From assembly GCA_963737155.1 (NCBI GenBank), contig CAVTRN010000001.1, positions 864,001 to 928,000 of the forward strand: a DNA stretch of 64,000 nt, read 5' to 3'. This document shows, one piece after another, positions 11,185 to 22,088 of the stretch. A program made the translations under genes and the position numbers. This DNA is from Nitrospirota bacterium (lineage in GTDB: Bacteria > Nitrospirota > UBA9217). The notes beneath the pieces are model-generated. The model had not been told where the DNA came from. It searched no databases and worked only from the letters and a program-made list of their open reading frames with translations. Numbering within the stretch: the stretch's first letter is position 1; every line of letters begins with the position of its first letter.

Positions 11185-11628
11185 ATGGAAGCATTTGCAT
11201 GTTTCAACAGAAAAAGTCTCGAAACCTTGTTACCGCATAGAGGAGCTGCACTCAGAAAAATCGACGGGGTGTTTTACAATTTCGAGACTCCAAACATGCT
11301 GATCGGGCTCAAAGAGATCTGGATGGATGATCCGGATTTAGAAGGTCATTTTCCTCAAGCGCCTACTTATCCGGGATACGCGCAAGACGAATTTGTGTGC
11401 CTCGTAGCTGCGGCACTCATTCCGATCGCGATTGAAGGCTTGAAGACGGATCCACACGTTGTTCAGAAGATCGTCCGATATAAAAAGAACGTCGTCCCCG
11501 GTGACCAGCTCATTGCCGAGGTTAGACTGAACGGAAGACGCGGCAAATTTTTTATGTTCTCCGCCGATATTAAAAACCAGAGTAAAGAGGTTATCGCTGA
11601 ATATGAAAAAATTATCGGGGCGGTTTAA
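11185..11628 (+). CDS. FabZ/FabA-like hot-dog fold dehydratase
   Basis: LLPHRG...ID, GHFPQAPTYPG, VVPGDQL; SD AGGAGG. Confidence 0.75.
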   Translation: MEAFACFNRKSLETLLPHRGAALRKIDGVFYNFETPNMLIGLKEIWMDDPDLEGHFPQAPTYPGYAQDEFVCLVAAALIPIAIEGLKTDPHVVQKIVRYKKNVVPGDQLIAEVRLNGRRGKFFMFSADIKNQSKEVIAEYEKIIGAV

Positions 11629-12134
11629 AGATCAATTAAAATTGGAATCCAGGGGGCAAGGATTGGTGTCCAAAATTGACATCCAGGGATTCACTTTGGC
11701 TGTATACACTTGGATCATATCGTCACTGACTACCATAAGACATTGTCGCCCAATGGAAGTTAAATATGATATTCGCATATTTGCTGCAACGCGTAACGTT
11801 GAATTTCGTTTCTAATATTAATCTCTATTTTTTGACGTATGCGGGGTTTATCAGTAAGTAGGTCAAGTAGGTCAACGAAACGAATTTCGCTGCAGTGTGA
11901 TAGCAGCGCTTTTGCGGGTAAAGGGAAATAACTCCCCCCTCAACCAATCATCCACGAAAACAGTTGGTTTTGAATTATGTATTATATTCAGGCAGTCTAA
12001 TACCAAAGATTTTCATGTGTAATCAGGAGGAAAAGCACTGCGAATTGAAAAAACACACACATTTTCCCCCCTTTTATCAATCGGAATCTTTATTGATGGA
12101 TCACTCCCCTAATCACGACAGAAGTTGTGACACA

Positions 12135-12323
12135 TCAGGCCGCTTTTTTCAGTTTTTCGAGCACGTTCTTCAGCGTTGCCTCGTCCATTTTTAGCTCATC
12201 GCGGTTTTCTTTTCGCATTCCAGAGGCTACCAGCTCCCTGATCTGCGGTATCGTTGTCTCCTGCAGTTCTTGAACGAGCAGGTCCCGCTCCTTCATGTCC
12301 AAATCGACGATCATACGACTCAC
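12135..12323 (-). CDS. Small helical hypothetical protein
   Basis: 62-aa charged amphipathic ORF; AAGAGGTG could serve as SD for an alternative ATG at 12314. Confidence 0.6.
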   Translation of the reverse strand: MSRMIVDLDMKERDLLVQELQETTIPQIRELVASGMRKENRDELKMDEATLKNVLEKLKKAA

Positions 12324-13502
12324 CTCTTTTCTTTTGGAACGTTTATTCTGAATAATTAAAGTATAGCACTTGACAAGAAATTAAGGAGCCCCTTTAGCTT
12401 GTCACGATACTGGCTAATATACGTACGAAAATAAATATCAAAGTTCAAAAGGCTGCCCTAAATGAGCTAATCTAGGATAACCCAGAATAGAGGAGAACTC
12501 GGAGAGGCACAGGTGTAGAAATGTTTTCTCATCGTTAACGTCCTCGCGCAAGGCCATACTACAAGTCAAAACAGAGATAAAGAGACTTACCCGAGAAGCG
12601 TGTCTTATAATTCTCTTGCAGGAATATATCAAGAATCTCAATAGCATAGCTCGAGGCTGGATGAGCTACTTCCTTTATCGCAACTGCAGCAGGCAATTGT
12701 AAAACCTCAAATACTATTTTGGGACAAGAGTTTGGTGGCACCTCATACGTAAACGCGGTAAGAACGGATGGGGTACGCGATTTATACAACCGGCTATCTG
12801 TACAAACTTGGGTTCTTTAAATGACGACGATGCTCCTTGAAAGATCACGACGAAAACTGCGGGATGAAGAACATGGGAAAGTCCTTTTCGGGAAAACTGA
12901 ACATAAAGATTGATACAGAGCAATGGTTGGTTAATGAGGAACTGCCAAACCATAGGGATAGAAACAGATAGGCAAAAAAGAGAAAGCAGACTCAACTCGC
13001 AGACCACCCATGGAAACGATCGTTTAAGTCCGGCCCGAGATACATCAGTACAGCTTCCCGTTGCTTGCTAAAAAAGCGGACATTTTTACTTTGCCTTGAC
13101 AAACCCATTCGACACCCATTCGAGATCCATTGACATCTCGCTTTGTCAGGAATATATTCTTTACAAAAAATCAATAAAGGTCGTCGAAGCCGGGCTCCAC
13201 TATGCTTACTTCGTGCGCGCATTACACTTTGATATTTAAAAATGTGCGATAAAGTAACATTATTACAGAATGTTGCGATGCTCATAGGTTCTATTATTCT
13301 TGGTGTTATCGGGCCCGATGGACTAATTCGCACCGAAAAATTTATGTTTATTTTTCCGAAATAATCCTTCTGTAGGCTGCACGTTGGGAAACTTTAATCG
13401 AGCATACATCAGAATCATCGGGCAAAAGATTGTCATTAAATTGATTCAAATAAACTAGTAAGATAATATCTGCAATGCGTATTACTTGTGCAAGGAGTTT
13501 TC

Positions 13503-14183
13503 ATGAATATTCTCGAAGCGCATAGCATTTCCAAAACTTACATAATTGTTAGCCGAAGCATCACGGTTCTTAACGATGTTTCCCTTGCCGTGGCTCAAGG
13601 AGAATTTTTGGTTGTGGAAGGAGAAAGCGGAAGCGGAAAGTCAACACTCCTGTCGATTCTATCGGGGCTTGACTCGAGCGATCAGGGCCGTGTTCTAATC
13701 GACGGAAAAGACATTACTAACCTGCATGAGGACGAGCTAGCGCCGCTCAGAAATACTACCTTTGGCTTTGTGTTCCAATCGTATCACCTCGTTCCATCTC
13801 TCACGTGTCTGGAAAATGTGATGTTCCCCGCCGAGCTGCGAGGCGATGTTCGCGCGCGCGATAAGGCCGAACTTCTTCTCACACGGGTAGGACTTTCCGA
13901 ACGGGTTGCCAGTTTTCCCTACCAGCTGTCGGGTGGTGAGAAGCAACGATGTGCTATCTGTCGCGCCCTGATCAACAATCCGAAGATCATTTTTGCAGAT
14001 GAGCCGACCGGCAACCTCGATTCGGTTAATGGCAAAATCGTCCTAGATTTGCTTCTTGAGCTCCACCGAGAGCGGCATGCGACCCTTGTTCTCGTAACCC
14101 ACAATCAGGAAATCGCCCGCATGGCCGACCGGGTTGTTACGCTCCAAGACGGCAGGATCATTGCGAGTATTGCTCATGCTTAA
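13503..14183 (+). CDS. ybbA: ABC transporter ATP-binding protein (YbbA/LolD-like)
   Basis: GESGSGKST, LSGGEKQR, ADEPTGNLD, VTH; SD AAGGAG before ATG 13503. Confidence 0.9.
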   Translation: MNILEAHSISKTYIIVSRSITVLNDVSLAVAQGEFLVVEGESGSGKSTLLSILSGLDSSDQGRVLIDGKDITNLHEDELAPLRNTTFGFVFQSYHLVPSLTCLENVMFPAELRGDVRARDKAELLLTRVGLSERVASFPYQLSGGEKQRCAICRALINNPKIIFADEPTGNLDSVNGKIVLDLLLELHRERHATLVLVTHNQEIARMADRVVTLQDGRIIASIAHA

Positions 14184-16791
14184 CATCCATCTCATTCGTC
14201 GCCAGATAAGGGCATCGGCTCACCAGTCATGCATTCTCATACTCTGCGTGGTTCTATCGATGATTACCTTGGTATCTCTCGGCGGTTTCAGCCGGAGCGT
14301 CCACTTGTCTTTTCTCCATGATGCCCGAGCCCTCCATGCCGCCGACATCATTATTCATTCTCATTCTTCCATCTCACAGCGCCTTCTCGACTCCTTGACA
14401 GCCTTTGAACAACAAAAAGTTATCGAAAAAGCGCGGGTCTATGAGTTTTACTCAGTAGTACAAACCACTAAAAATCCTAAGTGGAGCGTGAGCCGGGATG
14501 AAAAAAAAGGAGAGACAGGGACTTATAGGAGGGAACGTCGGCTTCCCGACGAAACCAGTGCAGCGATGTATTCGAAAGCAGAGTCCTCTACAGGTGAAGA
14601 ATCTCTTCTGTCCAGCATCAAAGTGGTGGAACCTGGATATCCCTTCTACGGCGCATTGGAACTCGATTCTGGACGACCATTCCGTGAAGTACTGACCCAA
14701 GGAAGTCTCGTTGTAGAGCAGTCTCTCCTCGACCGCCTCCACATCAGAGTGGGCGACAGGCTCAGGGTTGGGAGCGCAGTTCTTACCATCCGAGACGTTG
14801 TACTCCAGGAACCCGACCAGCCGGTAAATTTCTTTGCCTTGGGACCACGTGTCTTTGTTTCCTCAATAGACCTACCCTCTCTTGACCTCATCGGCAAAGG
14901 AAGCAGAGTGGACTATACCATCCTCGTCAAAGTTCGGAATGAGAAAGAAATGGAACGGATTGCGAATCAGCTCCGGGACGCATCAATGAAGAACCGGGAA
15001 CGGGTCGAAACCTACCAGACGGCCGACTCCGGAGTGAAACGGTTCTTCGATAATTTCCTGTTTTTTCTCAACCTTATTGGCATATTTACGCTGCTTCTGG
15101 CGGGTATTGGCATCCAGAGCTCTCTGATTGCTTTCCTGAAAGAGCAGGAGCATACAATCGCCATCATGAAAGTAGTTGGTTCGCGGAGCCGTTTTATTAT
15201 CACCCACTATTTTATGGTAGTAGCGGTTCTCGGCTCTATCGGGACAATCATCGGCATTCCAGCAAGTTTTTTGCTTGAAAAGATCGTACTCGGCCTATTT
15301 AGAGGGCTCATTCCCTCAAATGTGGAACTGACCATTTCTAGAGGCGCCGTGGTTGAAGGGCTCATAATCGGTTTTCTGGTAGTAATTCTCTTCACCGCTC
15401 TTCCCCTTTTGCGCCTCAAGGAAGTTAAGCCCCGTGCCATCTTCGGCAAAGAGGAACAGCGTTCGATACAGAGTCGCACAACATGGCTCACCGGCAGCGC
15501 AAGTGTCATCTTTTTCATTCTCATCGTTCTCTGGCGGATTCGGGAGTTAAAAACTGGCATATACTTCGTCTTCGGCTTAGGACTACTCATATTAATATCC
15601 TTTGTCTGCTCAGAAGGGACCATTCGTCTGTTAAAGATAGTGAATGCGAAGAATCTTATTCTAAGGCAGGCCCTGAAAGGACTTTTTCGCCCCGGCAACG
15701 CGACACGGCCGATAATCGTTACCCTCACAGCATCTCTGGCCGTTCTTTTCTCAATAACCGTAGTGGAGAGAAATCTGAATGCTACCTTCATCCGCTCCTA
15801 TCCGCCGGACGCCCCCAATCTTTTCTTTATTGATATTCAACCTGGGCAGAAGGAAGCTTTCGCTCGTGACCTTGCGATACCGACGATATACTATCCATTG
15901 ATCCGGGGGACTATCATCGCTGTAAACAACGAACCGATTGACCGAGAGGCAGAACGGCACAAGCATGGGGACAACCTTGCTCGGGAGTTTAATCTAACCT
16001 ATCGTGAGAACCTACTGGAAGACGAGCGGATTGTAGAAGGAAAAAGTTTATACCGCGATGACTGGCCAGAAATGCAGGTTTCAGTCCTGGACACGGTATT
16101 TAAGATGAAGGATTTAAAAGTCGGTGATACGATCACTTTCGATATACAAGGGATACCGTTTGAAGCAAAAATTTCAAGTGTGAGAACCAGGACCCGTTCG
16201 GTGCTCCAGCCTTTCTTTTATTTTGTTTTCCCCGAGAGGGTCCTTAAGGATGCGCCCCAGACGCTCTTCACCGCTGTCCGAGTAGAAAAAAAGCAGATTG
16301 TCCCGCTTCAAAATCTAATCGTTTCCCGCTATCCGAACGTGACCGTTATCGACGTCACTGAGACGGTGCAGGTATTCGCAAGGGTCATGGATAGACTCTC
16401 GTCGATTGTCCGTTTCTTCACCCTTTTCAGTATCATCGCAGGCATACTTATCATCATAAGCTCCGCATTTGCAACCCGATACACTCGCATTCGAGAAGCG
16501 GTCTATTTCAAGATCCTGGGCGCGCGCGGACGTTTTGTTCTGGCTGTCTTTACCTGGGAAAACCTGCTTATTGGTCTTGTAAGTGGTCTCATCGCTTTTG
16601 TTCTCGCCCAAGCAGGAAGTTGGCTTATTTGCCGATACGCTCTAGATGTACCCTACAAACCGTTTTTGGGCATAAGTGTCCTTATGATTATCGCAATGAC
16701 AACCCTTGTGATTGCTGTCGGTCTCGGGGCCTCTCTCTCGATTCTTCGACAAAAACCCACTGCTTTCCTACGGGAACAGACTGAGGAGTGA
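14176..16791 (+). CDS. ybbP: FtsX-like double-domain ABC permease (YbbP-like)
   Basis: Overlaps the ATPase stop; GYPFYG, APNLFFIDIQP, REFNLTY; two sets of TM helices. Confidence 0.87.
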   Translation: MLNIHLIRRQIRASAHQSCILILCVVLSMITLVSLGGFSRSVHLSFLHDARALHAADIIIHSHSSISQRLLDSLTAFEQQKVIEKARVYEFYSVVQTTKNPKWSVSRDEKKGETGTYRRERRLPDETSAAMYSKAESSTGEESLLSSIKVVEPGYPFYGALELDSGRPFREVLTQGSLVVEQSLLDRLHIRVGDRLRVGSAVLTIRDVVLQEPDQPVNFFALGPRVFVSSIDLPSLDLIGKGSRVDYTILVKVRNEKEMERIANQLRDASMKNRERVETYQTADSGVKRFFDNFLFFLNLIGIFTLLLAGIGIQSSLIAFLKEQEHTIAIMKVVGSRSRFIITHYFMVVAVLGSIGTIIGIPASFLLEKIVLGLFRGLIPSNVELTISRGAVVEGLIIGFLVVILFTALPLLRLKEVKPRAIFGKEEQRSIQSRTTWLTGSASVIFFILIVLWRIRELKTGIYFVFGLGLLILISFVCSEGTIRLLKIVNAKNLILRQALKGLFRPGNATRPIIVTLTASLAVLFSITVVERNLNATFIRSYPPDAPNLFFIDIQPGQKEAFARDLAIPTIYYPLIRGTIIAVNNEPIDREAERHKHGDNLAREFNLTYRENLLEDERIVEGKSLYRDDWPEMQVSVLDTVFKMKDLKVGDTITFDIQGIPFEAKISSVRTRTRSVLQPFFYFVFPERVLKDAPQTLFTAVRVEKKQIVPLQNLIVSRYPNVTVIDVTETVQVFARVMDRLSSIVRFFTLFSIIAGILIIISSAFATRYTRIREAVYFKILGARGRFVLAVFTWENLLIGLVSGLIAFVLAQAGSWLICRYALDVPYKPFLGISVLMIIAMTTLVIAVGLGASLSILRQKPTAFLREQTEE

Positions 16792-16899
16792 TGAGCTGAA
16801 ATAAGCGAGTACGTTCAACTTGGCATTAATTCACGATCGACTAATATGCTTTTGAAAACGTGGCACAGATCTTCAACGATTTTGGGAAAGAGGTAACTT

Positions 16900-17574
16900 A
16901 TGAATGGTTCGACTATGCATTCAGCGGGAACGATCCTTATCCTGTTGCTCCTTCTTCTCGGATGCAAACGACAGAATGAAACGGCGTTGGCCATTCAACA
17001 CGAGCAAGCTGTTTATGACGGAACAATAGTGGCGGTGGGCGACAGTCTCACGGCGGGTTTAGGCGTTAACGAAGAAGATGCTTATCCCGCCCAACTCGAA
17101 AGAAAACTCCGTGCAGCAGGATATCGCTGGCGAGTTATAAACACAGGCATCGGTGGTGAAACCAGTAGTGGGACTCTCTCTCGCGTCCATTGGGTGCTGA
17201 AGCTCAAGCCCGACATCGTTATCCTCGAAACCGGTGCCAATGACGGGCTTCGGGGAATTAACCCGCAGGTAACGAGAAAGAACTTAGATGAAACTATTCG
17301 CATCCTGAAGGAGAACAATGTTGTCGTGGTGCTAGCCGGCATGCGAATGCTCACAAATTTGGGACGTCGATTCACCGACGAGTTCTACTCTAACTATCCA
17401 GCTGTCTCTGCGAAGTATGATATCGTGCTGATCCCTTTTTTTCTAGTGGGAGTTGCAGGTGATCCGGCTCTCAATCAATCTGACGGAATCCACCCTACGG
17501 CAGAAGGCTACCGGATCGTCACCGGGACAGTTTATCCTTACGTGCTGAAGGCGATTGAGCGGATAAAAAAATAG
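16900..17574 (+). CDS. tesA: GDSL arylesterase/thioesterase (TesA-like), lipoprotein
   Basis: GDSLTAG, GANDG, DGIHP; lipobox LLGC; standard partner of YbbAP. Confidence 0.9.
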   Translation: MNGSTMHSAGTILILLLLLLGCKRQNETALAIQHEQAVYDGTIVAVGDSLTAGLGVNEEDAYPAQLERKLRAAGYRWRVINTGIGGETSSGTLSRVHWVLKLKPDIVILETGANDGLRGINPQVTRKNLDETIRILKENNVVVVLAGMRMLTNLGRRFTDEFYSNYPAVSAKYDIVLIPFFLVGVAGDPALNQSDGIHPTAEGYRIVTGTVYPYVLKAIERIKK

Positions 17575-17869
17575 GACGCCCCTGGCAAGAGGTCAAATCG
17601 TCACCGTTACCGGAGGCACTCCTCAAGTCACCCTGCAGTAAATTGCCACATTTACTTCCAAAGGATCGACGTCTTCTTGCACAATCACGTACAATTATGC
17701 GTTTGGTACGCGTTCAGTTTACCGGAACGATAATAGTTCCATGCGGTTTTGCAGGTTGCCCCTTTTATTTCGCATAATCAGATAGCCTTAGATGGCATAA
17801 TATAGCACAACGTATCTCAAGCTATAAATGTATTATCGAAGTTTCGCTATACTCATTTCCCCGTATAAA

Positions 17870-18320
17870 CAGATCATCTTTTCACAATGAGAACGGGATT
17901 TTTGTATCCCTGAGAATAACGTCGAAAGTAACTCTGCTGAGAACAGCTGCACTGAGCTTTTGCCATGGGATCCTATTACAATGAAGCCGGCTTTCAATTT
18001 TTTATCTTCCTTCACAATTTCCTCCACGGGATGCCCCGCTTTCATTACCGTTTCTCAATGAATGCGACTCCGTTTGCATATTTATTCTATTTCCTCCATG
18101 AAAGATGTTGCCGCCTGTTTCAGGTAATCTTCGATAGGTTCTGTTAAATAGGTTGGGGATGACGCAGAAGGGGTAGACTGACTTACCACAAAGCGTCTAT
18201 CAATGACGTTAGGCAGCGTTAACGAAGCACCTGTCTGCTTTGCTAGTTCGACTGCATATATTGCCGCTTTTTGCGCCATCTTTGAGCCATCTGTTGATAC
18301 GAGTAGACTTGAAATTATAA
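17870..18320 (-). pseudogene. Universal stress protein (UspA) pseudogene
   Basis: LLVSTDGSKMAQKAAIYAVELAK...EEIE* then, in another frame, GHPVEEIVKE...IVIGSHGKSS; internal stop, frameshift and no clear start. Confidence 0.8.
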
Positions 18321-19026
18321 GCTACCCTTTACTCTCCTTAAGTTAATATGATCCAGCTTTTCAAATTTCTCTTTTGTTATCTTGCCCATGACAGAACGTT
18401 GCTTGAGCATATCGGGCGGTCGTTCTTCTCGTCAACCGGCCATTAAAGTCATATGATAAAAGGCGCCGAAGATGATTAATGCTGAGAAAAGATTGATAAA
18501 CAATCATCGTCACTCCATTCCCCTTTCCGCGAATTATCAGCACCTCATTGTCTCCTTTATTTCTCGGGATATTCAAAAATGGCAAAGAAGGAGTCGAGCA
18601 GGCTAGCAATTATATATCCTCCACGCGTAATTTATACAGCACAGGAGACTCCACTTTTCGATCTAAGAGCACCCCTGAGATTAGTTTAACGGTGATATTT
18701 CTACTTTTCACTTTATGCAATAATTTTCTGGTATAACACTCGATTTTAAAAACGATGTTCGCCGCCGGAGACCATTTCAACCATAAGAATGTCAGTAACG
18801 AAAGAATTAAACCAATTCCTCTTGCGAGCAGGGATGTTTAATACTTCAGAAAATCTGTTCAATATGGTTTCCCATTTGCGCACTGGACTGCAATTCTTTA
18901 AGCGCTCTCTTGCAAGCAATATCTATGTTTTCATTGCCTCTCTTCGAGCGGTTTCTGACAGGATAACCGTTGACACCTTCACATTCTGGCGTTTTGGACA
19001 GTAATATCTCTACTTATAAGAAAAGT

Positions 19027-19060
19027 AAAGGCGGAAAGGCTCACGGAGACCTCCGCCTTT
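19027..19060. terminator. Probable terminator downstream of the His-rich protein gene
   Basis: AAAGGCGGA...TCCGCCTTT inverted repeat with A/T flanks. Confidence 0.65.
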
Positions 19061-19081
19061 ATTTGTGATAGGCTAACGAAT

Positions 19082-19429
19082 TTACACTGTCAGATTGACA
19101 CTATTGTTCGTTGCCGGCATGGAGTTGGTGATGGTGTTGGCAGCTGTACTGCTAGTCCCGGAATTAGTAGCACTCATCTGGTAATGATGGTGATGATGGT
19201 GGTGACCCTGGATGCCCTGGGTGCCCTGGGTGCTCTGCTCGAGGTTGGCGATGTCAGTCTGAACTTGAGTTAGAGCCTGCTGCATCGCTTGTTGCGATAA
19301 GGAGACCTGGTCTTGACTACCTGAGCTAGTCGGATTCTTCATGGTTTGGATGTCGCTTTGAAGAGTCTGAAAGTCACTATTCAGAGCGCTGATGTACTGA
19401 TTATTGCTGCCGACCGATTGAATAGACAT
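19082..19429 (-). CDS. Small Gln/Ser/Thr-rich protein with His7 tract
   Basis: SD GGGAGGTG before ATG 19429; QGTQGIQGHHHHHHHY; own promoter and terminator. Confidence 0.8.
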   Translation of the reverse strand: MSIQSVGSNNQYISALNSDFQTLQSDIQTMKNPTSSGSQDQVSLSQQAMQQALTQVQTDIANLEQSTQGTQGIQGHHHHHHHYQMSATNSGTSSTAANTITNSMPATNNSVNLTV

Positions 19430-19483
19430 GCTTTTCACCTCCCTTCAATGGAACGATTTATCTGTTGTTATATATACAGTGTA

Positions 19484-19500
19484 AGCAAATTACATACCAA
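19484..19500 (-). promoter_or_regulatory. sigma54 (-24/-12) promoter
   Basis: TTGGTATGTAATTTGCT (GG-N10-GC); palindromic enhancer-like sites at 19585-19599 and 19614-19630. Confidence 0.7.
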
Positions 19501-20021
19501 AAGTTTAGAGAAACGACTCTTTATTAAACATAGCAATAAGAACATGTTAGAGTGTAGGGTAAATGAACGATAGATCTACGGTCCAGGAAATATTTTCCTA
19601 TTATCTTTCATTCGGGGAAATATAATCCCACTGTTTAGTCGAATTCAGGAAGATATATATTATTGGAGGGATAGATGAACTAATCAATGTGACAGGGAAA
19701 TTTATTTTGTAATCTGCTAGAAACAGAAACCGTCAGCTAAGAATGTGTTCCCTTGTGGAACTTAATTCTTGTACAGAGGTTTCGCATGAATAATGTTGAT
19801 GGAGTTAGGAGTTTTGTCGATTTAAGAAAGCTAATTTCATTTCTACTGAGCAATTGGTGGTTAGTCTGGACATCGCCAGCGAGAATCGCAACACCTTCTT
19901 TGGCATAGCAACCGATACTGCATGAAAATGGCTTTACATCGACTAAACTGCCAAGTTATATAGCATTGAATCCTTTACACAGCGTACTCTATGTGATTAC
20001 ATAACTTCCCTGAAAATTTAT

Positions 20022-20570
20022 AAAAAACATCCTTGAATACCCAGCAGCTTGCTGCTGGGATGAAAAGGATATCCTGACGAGTCTGGATGATTTTCTGATA
20101 CAATACGGGCCATGAGCCCATTGAGAAGAAGCAGACATTGTGTCTATGATCTCAAGTACCATTTCGTATGGATACCGAAATATCGTAAAAAACTGTTCGA
20201 CGATCGGATGACGAAACGATTGAAAGAAATCTTTCGTGAGATAGCTGAACAGTACGATTTGGAAATAGATACGATGGAAGTCATGGATGACCATGTACAC
20301 TTGTTTTTGGTTGTTCCTCCGAAGTATGCGCCTGCGAAGGTAGTACAAATGATTAAAAGTATCTCCGCCAGAATAATGTTCCAAGAGTTCCCGGAGATAA
20401 AGAAAAAGCTCTGGGGAGGGGAACTGTGGAACGATGGTTACTTTGTCCGTTCGGTTGGCGACAAAGTAACGGCGGAAGTGATTAGAAACTATATTCGGTA
20501 TCAGCATGATGAGCAAATAGGTTTTAGATTCTAGTCAAAATGCCTCGCAGCTTGCTGCGGGGTTATTTAC
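20022..20570 (+). mobile_element. IS200-type element (tnpA only)
   Basis: Subterminal hairpins CCCAGCAG-CTTG-CTGCTGGG (20040-20059) and CCTCGCAG-CTTG-CTGCGGGG (20543-20562) flank tnpA; exact ends approximate. Confidence 0.85.
20112..20534 (+). CDS. tnpA: IS200/IS605-family Y1 (HUH) transposase
   Basis: YHFVWIPKYR, DHVHL (HUH), LWNDGYFVRSVG, IRNYIRYQ catalytic Tyr. Confidence 0.95.
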   Translation: MSPLRRSRHCVYDLKYHFVWIPKYRKKLFDDRMTKRLKEIFREIAEQYDLEIDTMEVMDDHVHLFLVVPPKYAPAKVVQMIKSISARIMFQEFPEIKKKLWGGELWNDGYFVRSVGDKVTAEVIRNYIRYQHDEQIGFRF

Positions 20571-21326
20571 TCAATATAGTTGACCATGATTTTCAAATAA
20601 TTCGTGTTGCGACAAGGATTTATCAGAGGGGTTCTATTATCGGTGTCAAAGAATAATGAGCAGATTTCTTTTATCAAAAGCGAAGCAGAAGACCATGGGC
20701 GTAAGTGCGTGTGTATCTACTCGTCTATTGGAGACAATATTTTTTACAAAAATATTGAAATGCTAAATCCGGTACGAGCCATGAGAGCAGTCGGTTCATA
20801 ATCAAATTGTGTAAAAATCAATAAGGAAACAAAGATGGGCATAGTCTTCCTGATACGAGTTCTGAACTGATTTATAGTTGCACTGCACAATATGTATTTA
20901 ATGATCACGTCTGGCAATGGTTATATCGTATGTCACGGAGTGTGAAGTGGAGTGTAAGATGTTTCGACAATCAATATAACCTCGGATGCAACGATTACCT
21001 CTTGGAAATTATTATCATCACCTGAGATTTCTTCCAGTAAATTTTTTTATGATATCGGTTTTCCTTTAAGTCAATCGATCTGAAAATTCATTTAACGGAA
21101 CTTTAATATTATATTAATAATCTTGTAATACTTCAGGCGTATTGTTCTCCAAAGAAGCTTTCCTTCTTTTGTTCTTCAAGGCCAGCATAGGTTTCTTCGA
21201 TACAGAAGATTTCCTATTGTTTATTGTTGCAGGAGGTTGGAGAAGGGGGGCGTTTGCTGGAACAAGTCGAATATAAGTTTAAATCGCTGAATAGCGTTTG
21301 AAAAACTGGGAACTAGGGAGGTGTCT

Positions 21327-21491
21327 ATGCCGGAACAAAGCGTAATGACGGTTACCCCATACTTGAATGAAGTAGAATCAGCGCAACTTGCCGCAGCCGT
21401 CCAAAGGCTTGTGCTGGAACTAGGCTTTCCTCCGAGAGAAGTAGACCGCTCATACCGGGAAAGTCTTGCATATTTCCTCAGACAGACTTAA
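21327..21491 (+). CDS. Small hypothetical protein, 54 aa (below the ORF-track cutoff)
   Basis: Strong SD AGGGAGGT; MPEQSVMTVTPYLNEVESAQLAAAVQRLVLELGFPPREVDRSYRESLAYFLRQT*. Confidence 0.45.
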   Translation: MPEQSVMTVTPYLNEVESAQLAAAVQRLVLELGFPPREVDRSYRESLAYFLRQT

Positions 21492-22088
21492 GGATGGTAT
21501 CAACGACCTACAGTCGTTATATTCAGAATTGACATTGTACTGCGGGAATCGTCATAATTAATTTGTTGCAAATGTAGATTTGCGCACAGATCGCCAGCCA
21601 CAAAAGAGCTGCACGAATCAAAGCGTGAGAACGGATCGTTTATGCGTCACGAACAATAATTCTTCTTCTCTCTCCTGTAAACACCACACTATTACGGTTT
21701 GCCTGCATTCGCGCCAATCGAGGGTCCCGGGGATCTGCTGGACTTCCCCAACTAAGTAAAAATATGCTATAGTCGATCAGGCTTTTAATTATCTTGCGCA
21801 AGTTTGGATAAGGTGAATTTAAAGCTTATTGACTATGATCAATCTATATTATATTAATTGTAGCCATTACAAGTAGCCGCCTTTTGAGGGTATAGTTCCG
21901 GTAACATGAATTATGAGTCAACGAAATAATTCAGGATTCGCTTGGGTAGATCGAAAAGTATTGTTAGAAATTTTGACGTTGTGATATATTCATCAGATAT
22001 GATGTGTTTCCGATAGTCCATAATAGGTTCATCATTCGAAAATTGCAGAGCATATATAGAAGGATACCATTCACGCAGATTTGCAGAA

